Assembly (NCBI GenBank): GCA_021432655.1
Contig: MU271368.1
Span: 24,929-81,016, forward strand
Direction of reading: 5' to 3'
DNA: 56,088 nucleotides
DNA from: Atractiella rhizophila
Lineage: Eukaryota
Numbering within the stretch: position 1 is the first letter of the stretch; every line of letters starts with the position of its first letter. The position numbers were made by a program, and so were the translations under genes. The notes beneath the pieces are model-generated. The model was not told the origin of the DNA. It searched no databases and saw nothing but the letters and a program-made list of their open reading frames with translations. Positions 25,312 through 36,994 of this stretch are shown here, piece after piece.

Positions 25312-27136
25312 TCAATGTACAACGATAGCTAGGTTTCTTGCACTACCGCTTTCCTCCTGATCAAACAGATTCCACAATTCCAGCCTAATCTCCTTGCCCG
25401 CATTCTCGTCAACAGCCAGTCGCTCTTGCAACAGCAAAGCAAGCCCAGTGAATCTCTCCAACACAATATAGCTCTCCAACACCGGTCCGAGAAGACATCT
25501 GAGTGTCCAAAAGAACATGAATTTCTTCTCGAATCCTTCCCATTCTCCTTGAGGTTCAAGTCGTGCAACGTCATTCTCGTTGAGATGCATCTTCTTCAAC
25601 GCTTTTGAACGAAAGATCTCGTATGAAAGAAAACAGGAGTCCGCCAGTCTACCGACCCTATTCTCAGAAGGAGAAGGACCCTCAGATGCGTCGAGCTCTA
25701 CTTGAAGACGTGCTCGATAGACAAGTTTGCGCAAGGATAGTTTGGCGGCTTCCCAGGATGACGCTGAAGACGACCACAGGATGGGAGATTGAGTAGCGAG
25801 AACAAGGTGGTTGTGAGTGAAAGTAGGAGAAATGTTAGATGGATGGAGTGGGAAGTCTTGAACAAGACATATGAGACTAATCTACAACAGATTTGCCCGA
25901 GAGACACGCACTGGTAGAGGAAGTAAGATTGTAGCAACACCCAATCGCGATCAAGACATCTTGACGTTCCGCACTCCCAGAGCTAACGAAAGCGCGCAAC
26001 GTGTCGACAGTAAGATCTCCACAGGCATGCAAAGCACAAACGAGCCTTCCCTCTTCCTTCTCCGCACGTCCTTCCTGCAGAAGTCTCCTGATACCGTTCT
26101 CATTCAACACTTCCGTTTTCAACGTCAACATCCCTCTCTTCTCTTCCTCCTCCTTCTTATATTTCAAACGGTTTGAAACTAACTTCTCTGCTCCATTGAC
26201 TTGAGAGGAGCTGCCCTCGATCGCACAAACATCAAGAAGCAGTGGCTCTCTGGTCAAAGCAGCAGAAAGGTGTGCTCGTCCGGATCCAATATCAATTGCG
26301 CTCTTAATCTGTGGTTCATTGGACAGGAGCGTTTGGGCAAGTGCGATGAAGCGATCGACCTCATCCGCTTTCTTCGGAGACATGCCATGGGGCAAGCCGC
26401 CAGTGAACGTTTTGGAGGTGCTGGAGATGGAGTGTGAAGATGACGTCGCCCTGATTCCTTTGCCATCGATTTCCCAGCTGAGAAGGGGTTTGCCGTTTGG
26501 CTTCCGAGGAAGAGAGAATTCACGACAACGGGTTGTGAATGCTTTCAGAGAAGCGGGAGCGTCTGGCTAAGCGGCATTTCAGCCAGGTACACGCTGAAAT
26601 AAAATTAGATTGCAGGAATTTGTACAACGTATCTAACCAGATGTGGAAGGAATCTCCGGGAGCAGGGAAAGCCAATTCCTACATGCCCAATGGCGTTGTA
26701 GGGTTGGGACAAAGCCACCGCGTTGAATATTGGTCTAAGCCATTTAATAGCGAGCAGGGGTATGTCCTAGACGGTGCTCTGCCATTGGTAAATAGACCCA
26801 TCATCAAAATCCTTCAAAATTACTAGGTTGTGGAGTGAAGGCGACACCTCTCAATTTCTTCTCAAGACAGAAACACACCTTCACCTCCCCTCGACTCAAA
26901 CTCTCTAGTATGCCTTCCACGTCGCTATTTCTGCAGCGAATGTCGTCATACCATCTCTCCCATTCGCTTGGGACCATTTCTCCTGCTTTGTTCACCTCAA
27001 AAATAGCTGGATTCATAAGAGACGGTCTAAAGAAAGAATTGCTGGATGAGGAGCAGAGCCGAGCGACGGTGGAATCGAGAAGGAACTCGAGGCTTCTTTG
27101 CAGCTGAAAAGGCAGCGGTGGGAGGACTATCGACAT
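25312..27136 (-). CDS. METTL25/RRNAD1-like SAM-dependent methyltransferase, copy 4 (intact, 485 aa predicted)
   Basis: Exons 27136-26879, 26566-25912 and 25856-25312 total 1458 nt in frame. Motifs DIGSGRAHLS, LHACGDL, GCCY, FPL, YRARLQ, FWTLRCLLGPVLES, LFDQ..SARNLAIV. Confidence 0.88.
26639..26799 (-). ncRNA. Candidate intronic structured RNA, copy 4
   Basis: Inside the 312-nt intron 26567-26878. Two hairpins, AGACCA hinge, ACA. Confidence 0.42.
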
Positions 27137-27543
27137 TCCTTGGTCGAGGTCAAATCTATTGAAATCTTGAAAAAAAAAACTGAATAGTTGGTGGTCGATG
27201 AAAAAAATGTCTAGCCCTCACAAACTTTGTCCTCCGCGTAATGCCACAGTTTCTGTTCGTCATCGTACGCTCCAGAACTCAACAACACCTTTCTCTTCTT
27301 GGTTGCTCCATTTCTTTCGAGCTCACCTCACCGTCTAGGGACCCAGCTGTGGCTCCCCTGCCACGACCGCTAGGCTTCGGGTGCGTGTTTCCACACTTTC
27401 AAGTTGGAACATCTCAGAGAACACTGTCGTGACCAGCTACTGTACTTACTTAAGATCGAAGTGGAGCTCTAATCACTCTTTACCTATCTACCTCAATATT
27501 TATCTATCCCGCGAACTTATCCAATCAGTTTGAGCCCTCAAAT

Positions 27544-28460
27544 ATGGAGAACGATGAACTGGAGTATTCCGTGAAGCGGATCAACAAACTGTCAGGTCAT
27601 CTTCATCAACACCTTATTTATGTCGTGTTTCTGACATTCAATCAATCAGATCCACTGCTGGAGAGTTTCATCTCCTGTCGCATCGAAGCGAATAAGCAGT
27701 GTGAGTCGTTATATCAACCTCCTTACTTCTTGTTGACCAGTTGTGGTTGCGGTATAGCCAAGGAAGTAAGATCACGACTTGGCGGTCATGAAGAGTTGCG
27801 AGATCTGTATCATCGCACTTCAAGTCGAGCAGCAGTGATTGCTTCTAGTTGCTGGGCGGCCGTTAAGGATGGAGAGGTGATAGGAACCGTGGCTTGGTTG
27901 GTGTCATCTTCCTTATATGGCTGCTTCTCATGGAACGTGTAGGTATCCTCCTGGAAAGAGTCTCATGGGCGAGTACGCAGTCTACTTCCACGTCTCCATC
28001 ATCTCTGACCGTGCAAATTTTCGACCATTGGCACAGTCCGAAAGAAGCTGACGAACTGCAAGTGTTATTCCACGAAGTGGGGCACAATCATCCCTCGCTG
28101 ATCGAGTATTGGACATAAGATTTCCTTGTGCGTCCTCCTCTCACGCATGCGCCCTCCCGCTGAAAGAAAACTAGCCAGCAGAGGCACGGATCGCATCCAC
28201 CTATTTCAAGGAATACGCCACTCGCGGCGATCCAGAAGGAAAACATGTTCTGACGAACAGTTGGACATTATACGGCCTCACTGTCCGGCCCAAATATCAG
28301 CGGGAAGGTGTGGGATGGAAGTTGATGTCGATCGGGATGGAAGTTGTGTGTCCCTTCTCTAACTCTTCCCTTTTTGACCTGAGCTTGATGGGGTGGCATG
28401 GCGGATAGGCTAAGCGCGATGGTGCAAAGGTCATCATCCCGAAAACGGACGATAAATGAC
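27544..28460 (+). pseudogene. GNAT-family acetyltransferase (multi-exon, premature stop, truncated)
   Basis: Spliced segments AVKDGEVIGTVAW|YPPGK and WTLYGLTVRPKYQREGVGWKLMSIGME (acetyl-CoA motif Q/RxxGxG). In-frame TAA at 28116-28118. Confidence 0.6.
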
Positions 28461-28579
28461 AGGTAGAGATGTTTGAGCGGATTTCTGTTCGTCATCGTTG
28501 CGTCATACCGTCTCCTTTCTTTGCTTCCTTCCCGGTGCAACCAGGCGAGATGAAGCGATATCTTCCACGTCATGCCTTC

Positions 28580-29600
28580 CCAACATATCCAACATCCAAT
28601 CATCCCTTCATCTGGCAACTGAGCACTCGTTTACACTCCTCGTCCACTCAGATTATCAACCATCATAGTTCCCGTCACCACTCTCGTCCATCTACTCCCG
28701 TCTACAGCTTGTCGGATCCTCCCTAATTACGAGTGTGGGAGTGAAGCGACATGAAGCTAGTTAGGGCAACCTCGCGAAACGACCGATTGAAGAGAAGGGC
28801 GGTGGAAAGGCAGCAGCCTATGTGTTGCCGTTCGATCACGAGGTTATCATGCAGGGAAATGACAGTATGGTGTGAGAGATCAGAGCAGTTGTGTAAAGTA
28901 GGCTTGAAACCGGATGGGATCCTTCTCTCGGCTGGAGGTGGTGGATTGCTTGGAGGTGTGCTTATTTGTTTTAGGCTGGCGTCACGGTGCGCTTGCATTT
29001 CTTATTCTGCTGTGTATAAAGTTCCAGAGCAGATTCGTTTAACCAAATGGAACCGCACCAGTCGCAGCTATCGAAAGAAGCGGAGCGACATCTCTCCACG
29101 ACTGCCTCCTCGCCTCATACGTGAATCACAACGAGCCAACTCCGAAGCTTGTGTCATTGGAAGCGATAACGTCCATCGCCAGCTCGTTCGGCGCAAAGAC
29201 CGTTGAAGACGCGAGTGTGGTGGACATGACTGAACGCTTTGCTGGATCGTCTTCCTACCTTCCTTGCTTCATCCCTCATACGGATCCGTAGATGACCATC
29301 AAATCCTTGTCGAACCAGCCATCGCAGCTCTCGCACCTTCTATGCAGATGGAGTGTCGGAGCTTTAAAGATATTCAAGGATCTACAGCAGGATAGAGTAG
29401 CATCGTTTGCGGCAGCAGTCAAGTGTCAATGGCGAAGTTGATAGAGTGGGAGAAACGGTTTGAGGACGTGGTGTTGGGGAGATCACGGTCTTTCGTAGCT
29501 AAATAGGTGAAGGTGATTTTTTCGTGTCCACAAACCTGATCCCAACAAAATCTGGTTTAACGGCATCGCTACATCTCATCTGGCCTTCCAGATACCAATG
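28580..29600 (-). pseudogene. Degenerate gene Y / NLR 3' flank
   Basis: Homologous to about 6010-7140. Confidence 0.35.
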
Positions 29601-29745
29601 AATCGTGTTCATATTTCACGGCATAAATGAAACATCCTGCATTCAGAACTTTATGTTTAGCTGACAACATTGTGTAGACGAAGCGTTACATCCTGCAGCA
29701 GGAGATCAGCTTGCACAGACCAGCGAGGCTGGAGCAGTACCTGAA

Positions 29746-31678
29746 TCATTTTTGATGCGTCGTCGTCGATATTTCCGTTTGTCCAATCCTCTGAAGCAGA
29801 TCGTCGCAATTATGTACATCGGAGGTGGCAAAACAATCCACGTAAAGCTGACGGGCGCGAGCTACTTCCTCTCGCGCAACGGGGTATTGGCACGATCGGA
29901 AGAGGAGTTGGGCCAGTCTCTCTCTGCTCCGAGCTTCGCAATGGCCGCCAGATGCTTTGCTCAAATTGACTGCTTCCTCAAGCACCGCGATTGCTTCGAA
30001 CATTCTCTGGGAGCCTCCTGCGTAAACCTCACGTATATTGAAAAGACAATTAAGTTGACTTCCTAGGTCATGCTCCAGCAGGTACAGCTCCTTTGCCTCC
30101 TCGAAACATTTCAGTGCTTCCTCCATCCGACCATGACATTGTTTGATCTCCCCCACGCTGCGAATGCAGTGGGCTTGCCCCTGTTGATCTTCTACCACGT
30201 GGTACAGCTCATTCGCCTCCTCGAAACATCGCAGCGCTTCCTCCATCCGACCCCAATGTTGCTCGATCTTCCCCATGCTGCGAATGCAGTGGGCTTGCCC
30301 CTGTTGATCTTCTACCACCTGGAACAGCTCCTTTGCCTCCTTGAAACATCTCAGCGCTTCCTCCATCTGACCCCTACACTGTTCGATCTCCCCCATACTG
30401 CGAATGCAGTGGGCTTGTCCTTGACTATCTCCCACTGCCAAATAAAGCCTCTTTGCCTCCTCGAAATGTTTCAATGCCGTTTGAGGAGCTCCCTGCAGTT
30501 GGAATGCAAGACCCATAGCCTTCGTCAAGTCGGCGGTGAATTTCATTGGGCAACTATTAGATTTTGTGGTTGACACAGCACGTTGAAGGAGTTTGATTGA
30601 GAGAAGGTTCTGGAGATACTGAAACGGCCAGATTTCCACAAGAAAATTGACCAACGATGTCGAATCCTGCAGATGTTCAAAACCGGCCAGAAGGACATAT
30701 TCAAGGTTTCGATGGTCATTGCGGAAACACAACAACCCTATCCGTTCACCGTCCACTTCGAATCGTCGCCTATTTTCCCGAGCTTTGTCCATGAGACGTT
30801 CCGTTAGAGGCTTAAGGGATGGGACAACGCTTTTGAAAAGAGGATCGCATTGACAGATTAAGAGGTTGATGTATTCGCGAATCGGTGAAAGCATGCGCAG
30901 TCGTATCACGTTTGCGAGGGCGTCATCCGTGTTTTCGGCGAGTCCAGTGGACAAAATCGAGGTAATGACCACGTAAAACTGATCTGAATCAGGAAGACAG
31001 GACTTCTCCGTAAGTGCCAAAATGTCGTTGTCCAAAAGCCCGTCAGGTGTCCAGGATAGAATGGCAAGTATAAACATGCTTAGATCCTGGTGCATTTCAA
31101 GGAGAGGTGAACTGAGTGAAAAAGCTATCGACCTTGCAAGCGTTGGAGTCTCCTCGCTGTCCTTGTTCCACAGTACCATTGTCTTCTTTGCCTCCCACTC
31201 CTCTAGAAGAGTTGAAATACGTTTCGTTGATTCTGCATGGGCACGAAGAAAAAAGAGCTTGATTGACAAAGTGTGATGATCCAGCTTAGCGAAGATGGTC
31301 GTGAGTATTTGCTCCGTACAATTTTCGTCTCCTGTGTCTAGTTGCTTGAACAGGTCCAGCGCGCCAGCGTCAGATATGCCTCTGACTGTCAACCCTCGAA
31401 ATGTAACATTTGGGATGTTCACTCGATAGACTCGATGTCCCCGATGTGCGACAATGAGAATGGACCCCAGTGTATTGTTTGCAGAAAGAAGAGCTTGAAA
31501 GAATGGCTGCAGGTGCTCCGTGTCACGCTCTGCCGTGGTTTCAAAATTGTCCAAGATAAGGAGACATTTGCGACTGTGGAAATATCGTGCAACAGTACCG
31601 AGTTCACTTTCACCAGGTCCAGGGGCTATTGCGAAGACCTGCCTACACAGCTCTCTGGCGAGTGATGAAAATGTAGAG
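29746..31678 (-). pseudogene. NB-ARC - TPR NLR, copy C (5'-truncated: no patatin, no Walker A; 3 TPR units plus cap)
   Basis: Open frame from STFSSLARELCRQVF through LLILDNFE to the C-terminal cap. Starts abruptly at the end of the copy B TPR array. Confidence 0.85.
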
Positions 31679-34600
31679 ACTCAGAGCTTCATCCATCTGA
31701 CCACGATGCTGCTCGATCTGCCCAATACTGCGAATACAATGGGCTTGCCCTGGTAGATCTTCTACCACCTGGTACAGCTCCTTCGCCTCCTCGAAACGCC
31801 CCAGCGCTTCCTCCATCTGGCCCCGATGCTGCTTGATCTCCCCGATGCTGCGAATGCAGTGGGCTTGCCCCAGCCGATCTTCTACCACCTGGTACAGCTC
31901 CTTCGCCTGCTTGAAACGGCGCAGAGCTTCATCCCTCCGACCCCGGCGGTGCTCGATCTCCCCGATGCTGCGAATGCAGTGGGCTTTCCCCTGTTGATAT
32001 GCTACCACCTGGTACAGCTCCTTCGCCTCCTCGAAACATCTCAGCGCTTCCTCCATCCGACCCCGATGCTGCTCTCTCTCCCCGATGCTGTAAATACAGT
32101 GCGCTTGCCCTAGCCAATCTTCTCCCACCTGGTGCAGCTCCTTTGCCTCCTCAAAGAATTTCACCGCTTTTTCCATCTGCCCTCGATGCTTCTCAATCTC
32201 CCCCATGCTGCGAATACAGTGGGCTGTCCCCTGTTGATTTTCTACCACCTGGTACAGCTCTTTCGCCTCCTCAAAACATCTCAGTGCTTCCTCCATCTGG
32301 CCCCGACGTTGTCCGATCTCACCTATGCTGCGAATGCAGTGGGCTTTCCCCTGTTGATCTTCTACCACCTGGTACAGCTCTTTCGCCTCCTCAAACCATC
32401 CCAATGCTTCCCCCATCCTACCCCGATGCAGCTCGATCTTCCCGATGCCGCGAATGCAGTGGGCTTGCCCCTGCCGATCTTCCACCACCTGATACAGTTC
32501 CTTTGCCTCCTCGAAAAGTTTTAGTGCTTTCTCCATGTTCCCTCGATGCTGTTCAACCTCCCCTATGCTGTGAATGCAGTGAGCTTGCCCTTGCCGATCT
32601 TCTACCACCTGGTACAGCTCTGTCGCCTCCTCAAAACATCTTAGTGCTTCCTGTATCTGACCCCGATGTCGCTCGATCTCCCCCATGCTGCGAATGCAGT
32701 GGGCTTTACCCTGTTTATATTCCACCACCTGATACAGTTCCTTTGCCTCCTCGAAAAGTTTTAGTGCTTTCTCCATGTTCCCTCGATGCTGTTCAATCTC
32801 CCCTATGCTGTGAATGCAGTTGGCCCGCCCCAGCCGATCTTCTACCACCTGGTGCAGCTTTTTTGCCTCCTCGAACAGTTTCACCGCTTTTTCCATCTGC
32901 CCTCGATGCTGCTCTATCTCCCCCATGCCACGAATGCAGTGGGCTTGTCCCTGCCGATCTTCTACCACCTGGTACAGCTTATTTGCCTCCTCGAAACATC
33001 GCAGTGCTACCTCCATCCGACCCCGACGCCGATCCATCTCCCCGATGCTTCGAATGCAGTGGGCTTGTCCCTGCCGATCTTCTACCACATGGTACAGCTC
33101 CTTTGCCTCCTCGAAGAGTTTCACCGCTTTTTCCATCTGCCCTCGATGCTGCTCGATCTCTCCCATACTGCGAATGCAGTGGGCTTTCCCCTGTTGATTC
33201 TCTACCACCTGGAACAGCTCTTTCGCCTCCTCGAAACGTCCCAATGCTTCCTCCATCCGACCCCGACGCTGCTCGATCTCCCCGATGCTGCGAATGCAGT
33301 GGGCCTGCCCCAGCCAATCTTCTACCCCCTGGTACAACCCCTTCGCCTCCTCAAAATATTTCAACGCCTGTTGTGGCGCCTGCTTCTGCCTGACTGCGAA
33401 TCCCATAGCCATAGTCAATTTAGCGCTGAATTTCACTGGTAAACTCATTGACTGTATGATGGACAGAGCATGATGCAGTAATTCGATCGATAGAAGGTGC
33501 TGGAGATACTGAAAGTGCCAGATTTCCACAAGGAAACAGACCAGTTTTGTCGAATCTTGTAGATGGTCAAAACCGGCCAGAACCACATACTCAAGATTTG
33601 GATGATCGTTGCGGAAGCACAACAGCCCTATCCGTTTGCCCTCAACTTCGAATCGTTGGATATTTTCCCGAGCTTTGTGCATAAGACGCTCAGTAACGGG
33701 CTCAAGGGAGGGGACGATGGTTTTAAAACCAAGATCAGGATGTAAGACTGAGTAGTTGACATGTTCACGAATTGGCACAAGCATCCTCAATCGTGTTGAG
33801 TTTGTCAAGCCGTCTTCGTCAGTTTCAGCGAGTCCGACGGAGAAAATTGAAGTGATGACCTCGTAGGATTTCTCTGAATCAAGAAGGCAGGATTTCTCCG
33901 TAAGTGCGACAATGTCCGTGTCCAAAAGCCCATCAGGTGTCCAGGACAGAGCGGCAAGTATAAACGTGCTTAGGTCGTGATGCATTTTGAGAAGAGGTAA
34001 GCTAAGGGAAAAAGATATCGACGTTGCAAGAGTTGGAGTCTCCTCGCTGTCCTTGTCCCATAGCACCTTTGTCTTCTTTGCCTCCCACTCCTCTAACAGA
34101 GTTGGAATATGTTTCGTTGACTCTGCGTTGGCACGAAGAACAAAGAGCTTGATCGACAAAGTGTGATGATCCAGCTTAGCGAACATGGTCTTGAGCACCT
34201 GTGCCGTACAAATCTTTCTTCCCGTGTACAAGTGCTTGAACAAGTCCAGCCAGGCAGCATCAGATAAGCCTCTAATTGTCAGCTCTCGAAATTCCACATC
34301 TGTGACGTTCACTCGATAGATTCGATGTCCCCGATGGGCTACGATGAGAATGGACCCCAATGTACTGTTTGCAGAAAGAAGAGCTTGAAAGAATGGCTGC
34401 AGGTGCTCCGTGTCACGCTCTGCGGTGGTTTCAAAATTGTCCAAGATAAGGAGACACTTGTGACGGTGAAAATATCGAGCAACAGCACCAAGTTCACTTT
34501 CACCTGGTCGAGGTGCTATTGCAAAGACATGCCGGCAAACATATGTGGCAAGTGATGAAAATGTAGAGAAAGCATTGCATCGGGCCCAGAACCGAAAGTC

Positions 34601-35915
34601 TTCCTCCTCACCATCCGCAATGGTTTTGAATGCATCTTTGACTTCCTTCGCATCCAAGATGTGTCGGGCCACAGTAGATTTCCCATTGCCAGCGCCACCG
34701 ATGATTGCAAGATGTTTTTTGTCGGTGAGGACGCACTTGATTGCCGTTGCAACTTCGTCATCTCTTCCATAACAATCTCCTGGATGAGGCAACGGAAGCT
34801 TCCTGGGCACAGCAATGCGTTGTTTACAGCCTAGCCAGGGTGAGTCAGCATGCTGCCATCAATCACACAACATGGAGAATACCTTGCATGAGGGATCTTG
34901 TTGCAGAGGAAACGTCATGACTCATCGCCTCCATGTAAGCCCTCGTGCAGCCCACAACGTCCGCCTTTCGCCCTCATTCCTCCAACTTGAAGTCTCCGAA
35001 TGTATCAACCGAGAAGCGATGATAGCAATGACCCATCTCACAGTCCTGCATCTTCACCTTCACCTCATTCGAAACCTTCGAGCAATCCGCGACTATCGCT
35101 TTCAGCGCTTCTTGGACGTTACCCCGAATATGGCTCAACTTGACAGCCCTTCCAATTCCCGGCCCGAGAGACACAAGATAGGCGATCTCACTGCTAGGGC
35201 CCCAAATCTGCTTGGCTTCGTCGACGGCTATCGATGTAGGGTTGTTGGTACTAAGCTGCACGTAGCCGGTAGAATCTTCATTCATTGGAGGAAAGAAAGG
35301 AGGACAGGCAGAGGTGGCCCTTGCAGCTTGCCAGACGAAACATGGGGAAGCGGAGCGAGAGGCAGATCCAGCATGATGAATGTCGTAGGTGCGCATCTCC
35401 GTGGGAACGAGAACGCTGGCTTGATAGGTAGAGAGAACAAACGTCTTGCACCTATCCTGCGGAGATGGGTCCTTCATAGGAAGTGGCTCCGAAGAATCTT
35501 CAGGCGGGGGCGTGTGTCGTTGGATGATGGATATCAAAGTCTCTTCGAGCTTCTTCGCCGAGAACAAGTACTTGCCACTGCCGTCCGGATCCTCTTCCAG
35601 AAAGATGTCTTGCGCGATCTCTTCATACGCTGTAATGCACTGACGTACCGTCATCCCCAGCCTCCCGAGCATAAGTGCGACCCATCCGCCAGTAGAAGTC
35701 CCACAAATGAGATCGAAGACATCGCAAGGTCGAAGTTCTTCGTCTTCTGGGACTTTGAGAAGATATGCGGCTTGACGCATGATGGGTTCGAGCATGTAGG
35801 GAGCTGAGAAAGTGCCAACACCCTCATTGTCCATAGAAAGGATCCGTAGTCCGAGCGGATTCGTTTTCTTAATATTCTCAGGAATTTTGAACACCTTGAC
35901 AGAATTCGCAGACAT
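31643..35915 (-). pseudogene. Patatin - NB-ARC - TPR NLR, copy B (14 TPR units, premature TGA at 34974-34976, no C-terminal cap)
   Basis: Patatin ORF with GTSTG; in-frame 52-nt intron 34831-34882; 1055-aa ORF with GGAGNGKST, LLILDNFE and 14 x 40-aa repeats. Confidence 0.9.
31681..33370 (-). repeat. 120-bp TPR tandem array, 14 units
   Basis: Units counted in the translation; strict 120-nt period. Confidence 0.95.
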
Positions 35916-36746
35916 GTAGGGCAAAGTATTGGATAGCAGGATGAATCTCCAATAACAGCGATTGGTATCGTGGTTACAGGTGAAGGAGGAAGGAACTGCC
36001 TGAGGGTGGTACAATCTAGTCACACTTCCGTTAGCCTTGCTTCCGTGCATTTCTTGGATACAATAGAAATGAATCCAGCCTTGTGCCTTCGTCAAAATTC
36101 GAGAGATTGATTGGTCTCAACCTCGCCAAATGTAGTGCTTTGCTGCTCTGTTCGTTGCCTCTGTGCCGTCACAAATGGCACTGTACCTTTCTCTGAACCG
36201 CACGTGGAAGCTCTTTCCCTTTGTTGAATGAATTAAGTCTTGAAGTCTTTTGGAAATCTGCCAGCGTACGTGCGCTTTGGAAGTGAAGCAGAGGAAATGA
36301 AGAAAACCAAATCGCGAGTGCTCCTTCTCTATCTTTTCAACAGCAGTTTCAGGACAACGGCAATGTCACATCGCTATCATTTCTGCGCGTTTCCTGCGGC
36401 GAAACAAGCGAATACTCACCTCTGAAGGTCAATTTATGATATCTTGCGTTCCAGCTCTCTCTGGCGATAACACAACGGTCGCTCAATGTTATAAAATTCC
36501 AAACAGCTTTTTCCAATTTTCCGGACTTCTTGAGCTGCCTTGGACGTTCTCGCTAAAGATTCAACGCTTTCGTCGTCCTCATGGTTTCGTCGTCCACAAC
36601 AGACCCTAACTCACTGAGGCGCGTGACGCGTGAACCCTACTTCTTGATTCACCTTCTTCTGCCTATCCAGTTAGCCAACCTTGCTCCGTCCCGCTGCCAC
36701 TGCCCATTCCCTAATAAGTTCCAGATTCCTCTTTGCTCCAACAGGC

Positions 36747-36988
36747 TGTGAGCTGATCCCCAGCGAAAATGAGATGGTGGAACGCTGGGGAATCACGGTG
36801 CTAAGAAACCTAACCCTATGTACACGTTGTAATGTAAATGTGAGAAGACAACTGGAGTGAAACCAAACGAACGTGCAGTCGTGCCGAAGAGTGAAAAGAC
36901 AGAGAGAATAGTACAGTTGTAGACACTGAAATGAACGGATGTGAAGATGAACCAAATGGAATGAATGTAGTTGTACTATTCTCTCACA
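36747..36988. repeat. LTR-like segment (TGTGAG...CTCACA) with an internal 14-bp inverted repeat; related start at 40261
   Basis: Terminal 6-bp inverted repeat. GAGAGAATAGTACA at 36902-36915 is inverted at 36972-36985. No TSD, PPT or PBS seen. Confidence 0.35.
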
Positions 36989-36994
36989 ATTTGC

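Noticed and set aside
26639..26799. TPP riboswitch, U3, U14 or snR30/U17 identity for the intronic element
   Set aside because: Diagnostic motifs (CTGAGA, U14 domains A/B, AUAUUCCUA plus AAACCAU) are not present.
31681..33370. Regular repeats resembling a CRISPR array or DGR template
   Set aside because: Units are contiguous in-frame coding repeats with no unique spacers, cas genes or reverse transcriptase, in a eukaryotic context.
31999..33442. Long + strand ORFs (464 aa, 218 aa) and the similar 7639-8259 ORF
   Set aside because: Antisense shadows of the periodic TPR array. A stop-free repeat unit propagates open frames.
34815..35807. 330-aa + strand ORF, also 41079-41678 and 13831-14247
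   Set aside because: Antisense to recognisable patatin or transposase coding sequence, with no motifs of their own.
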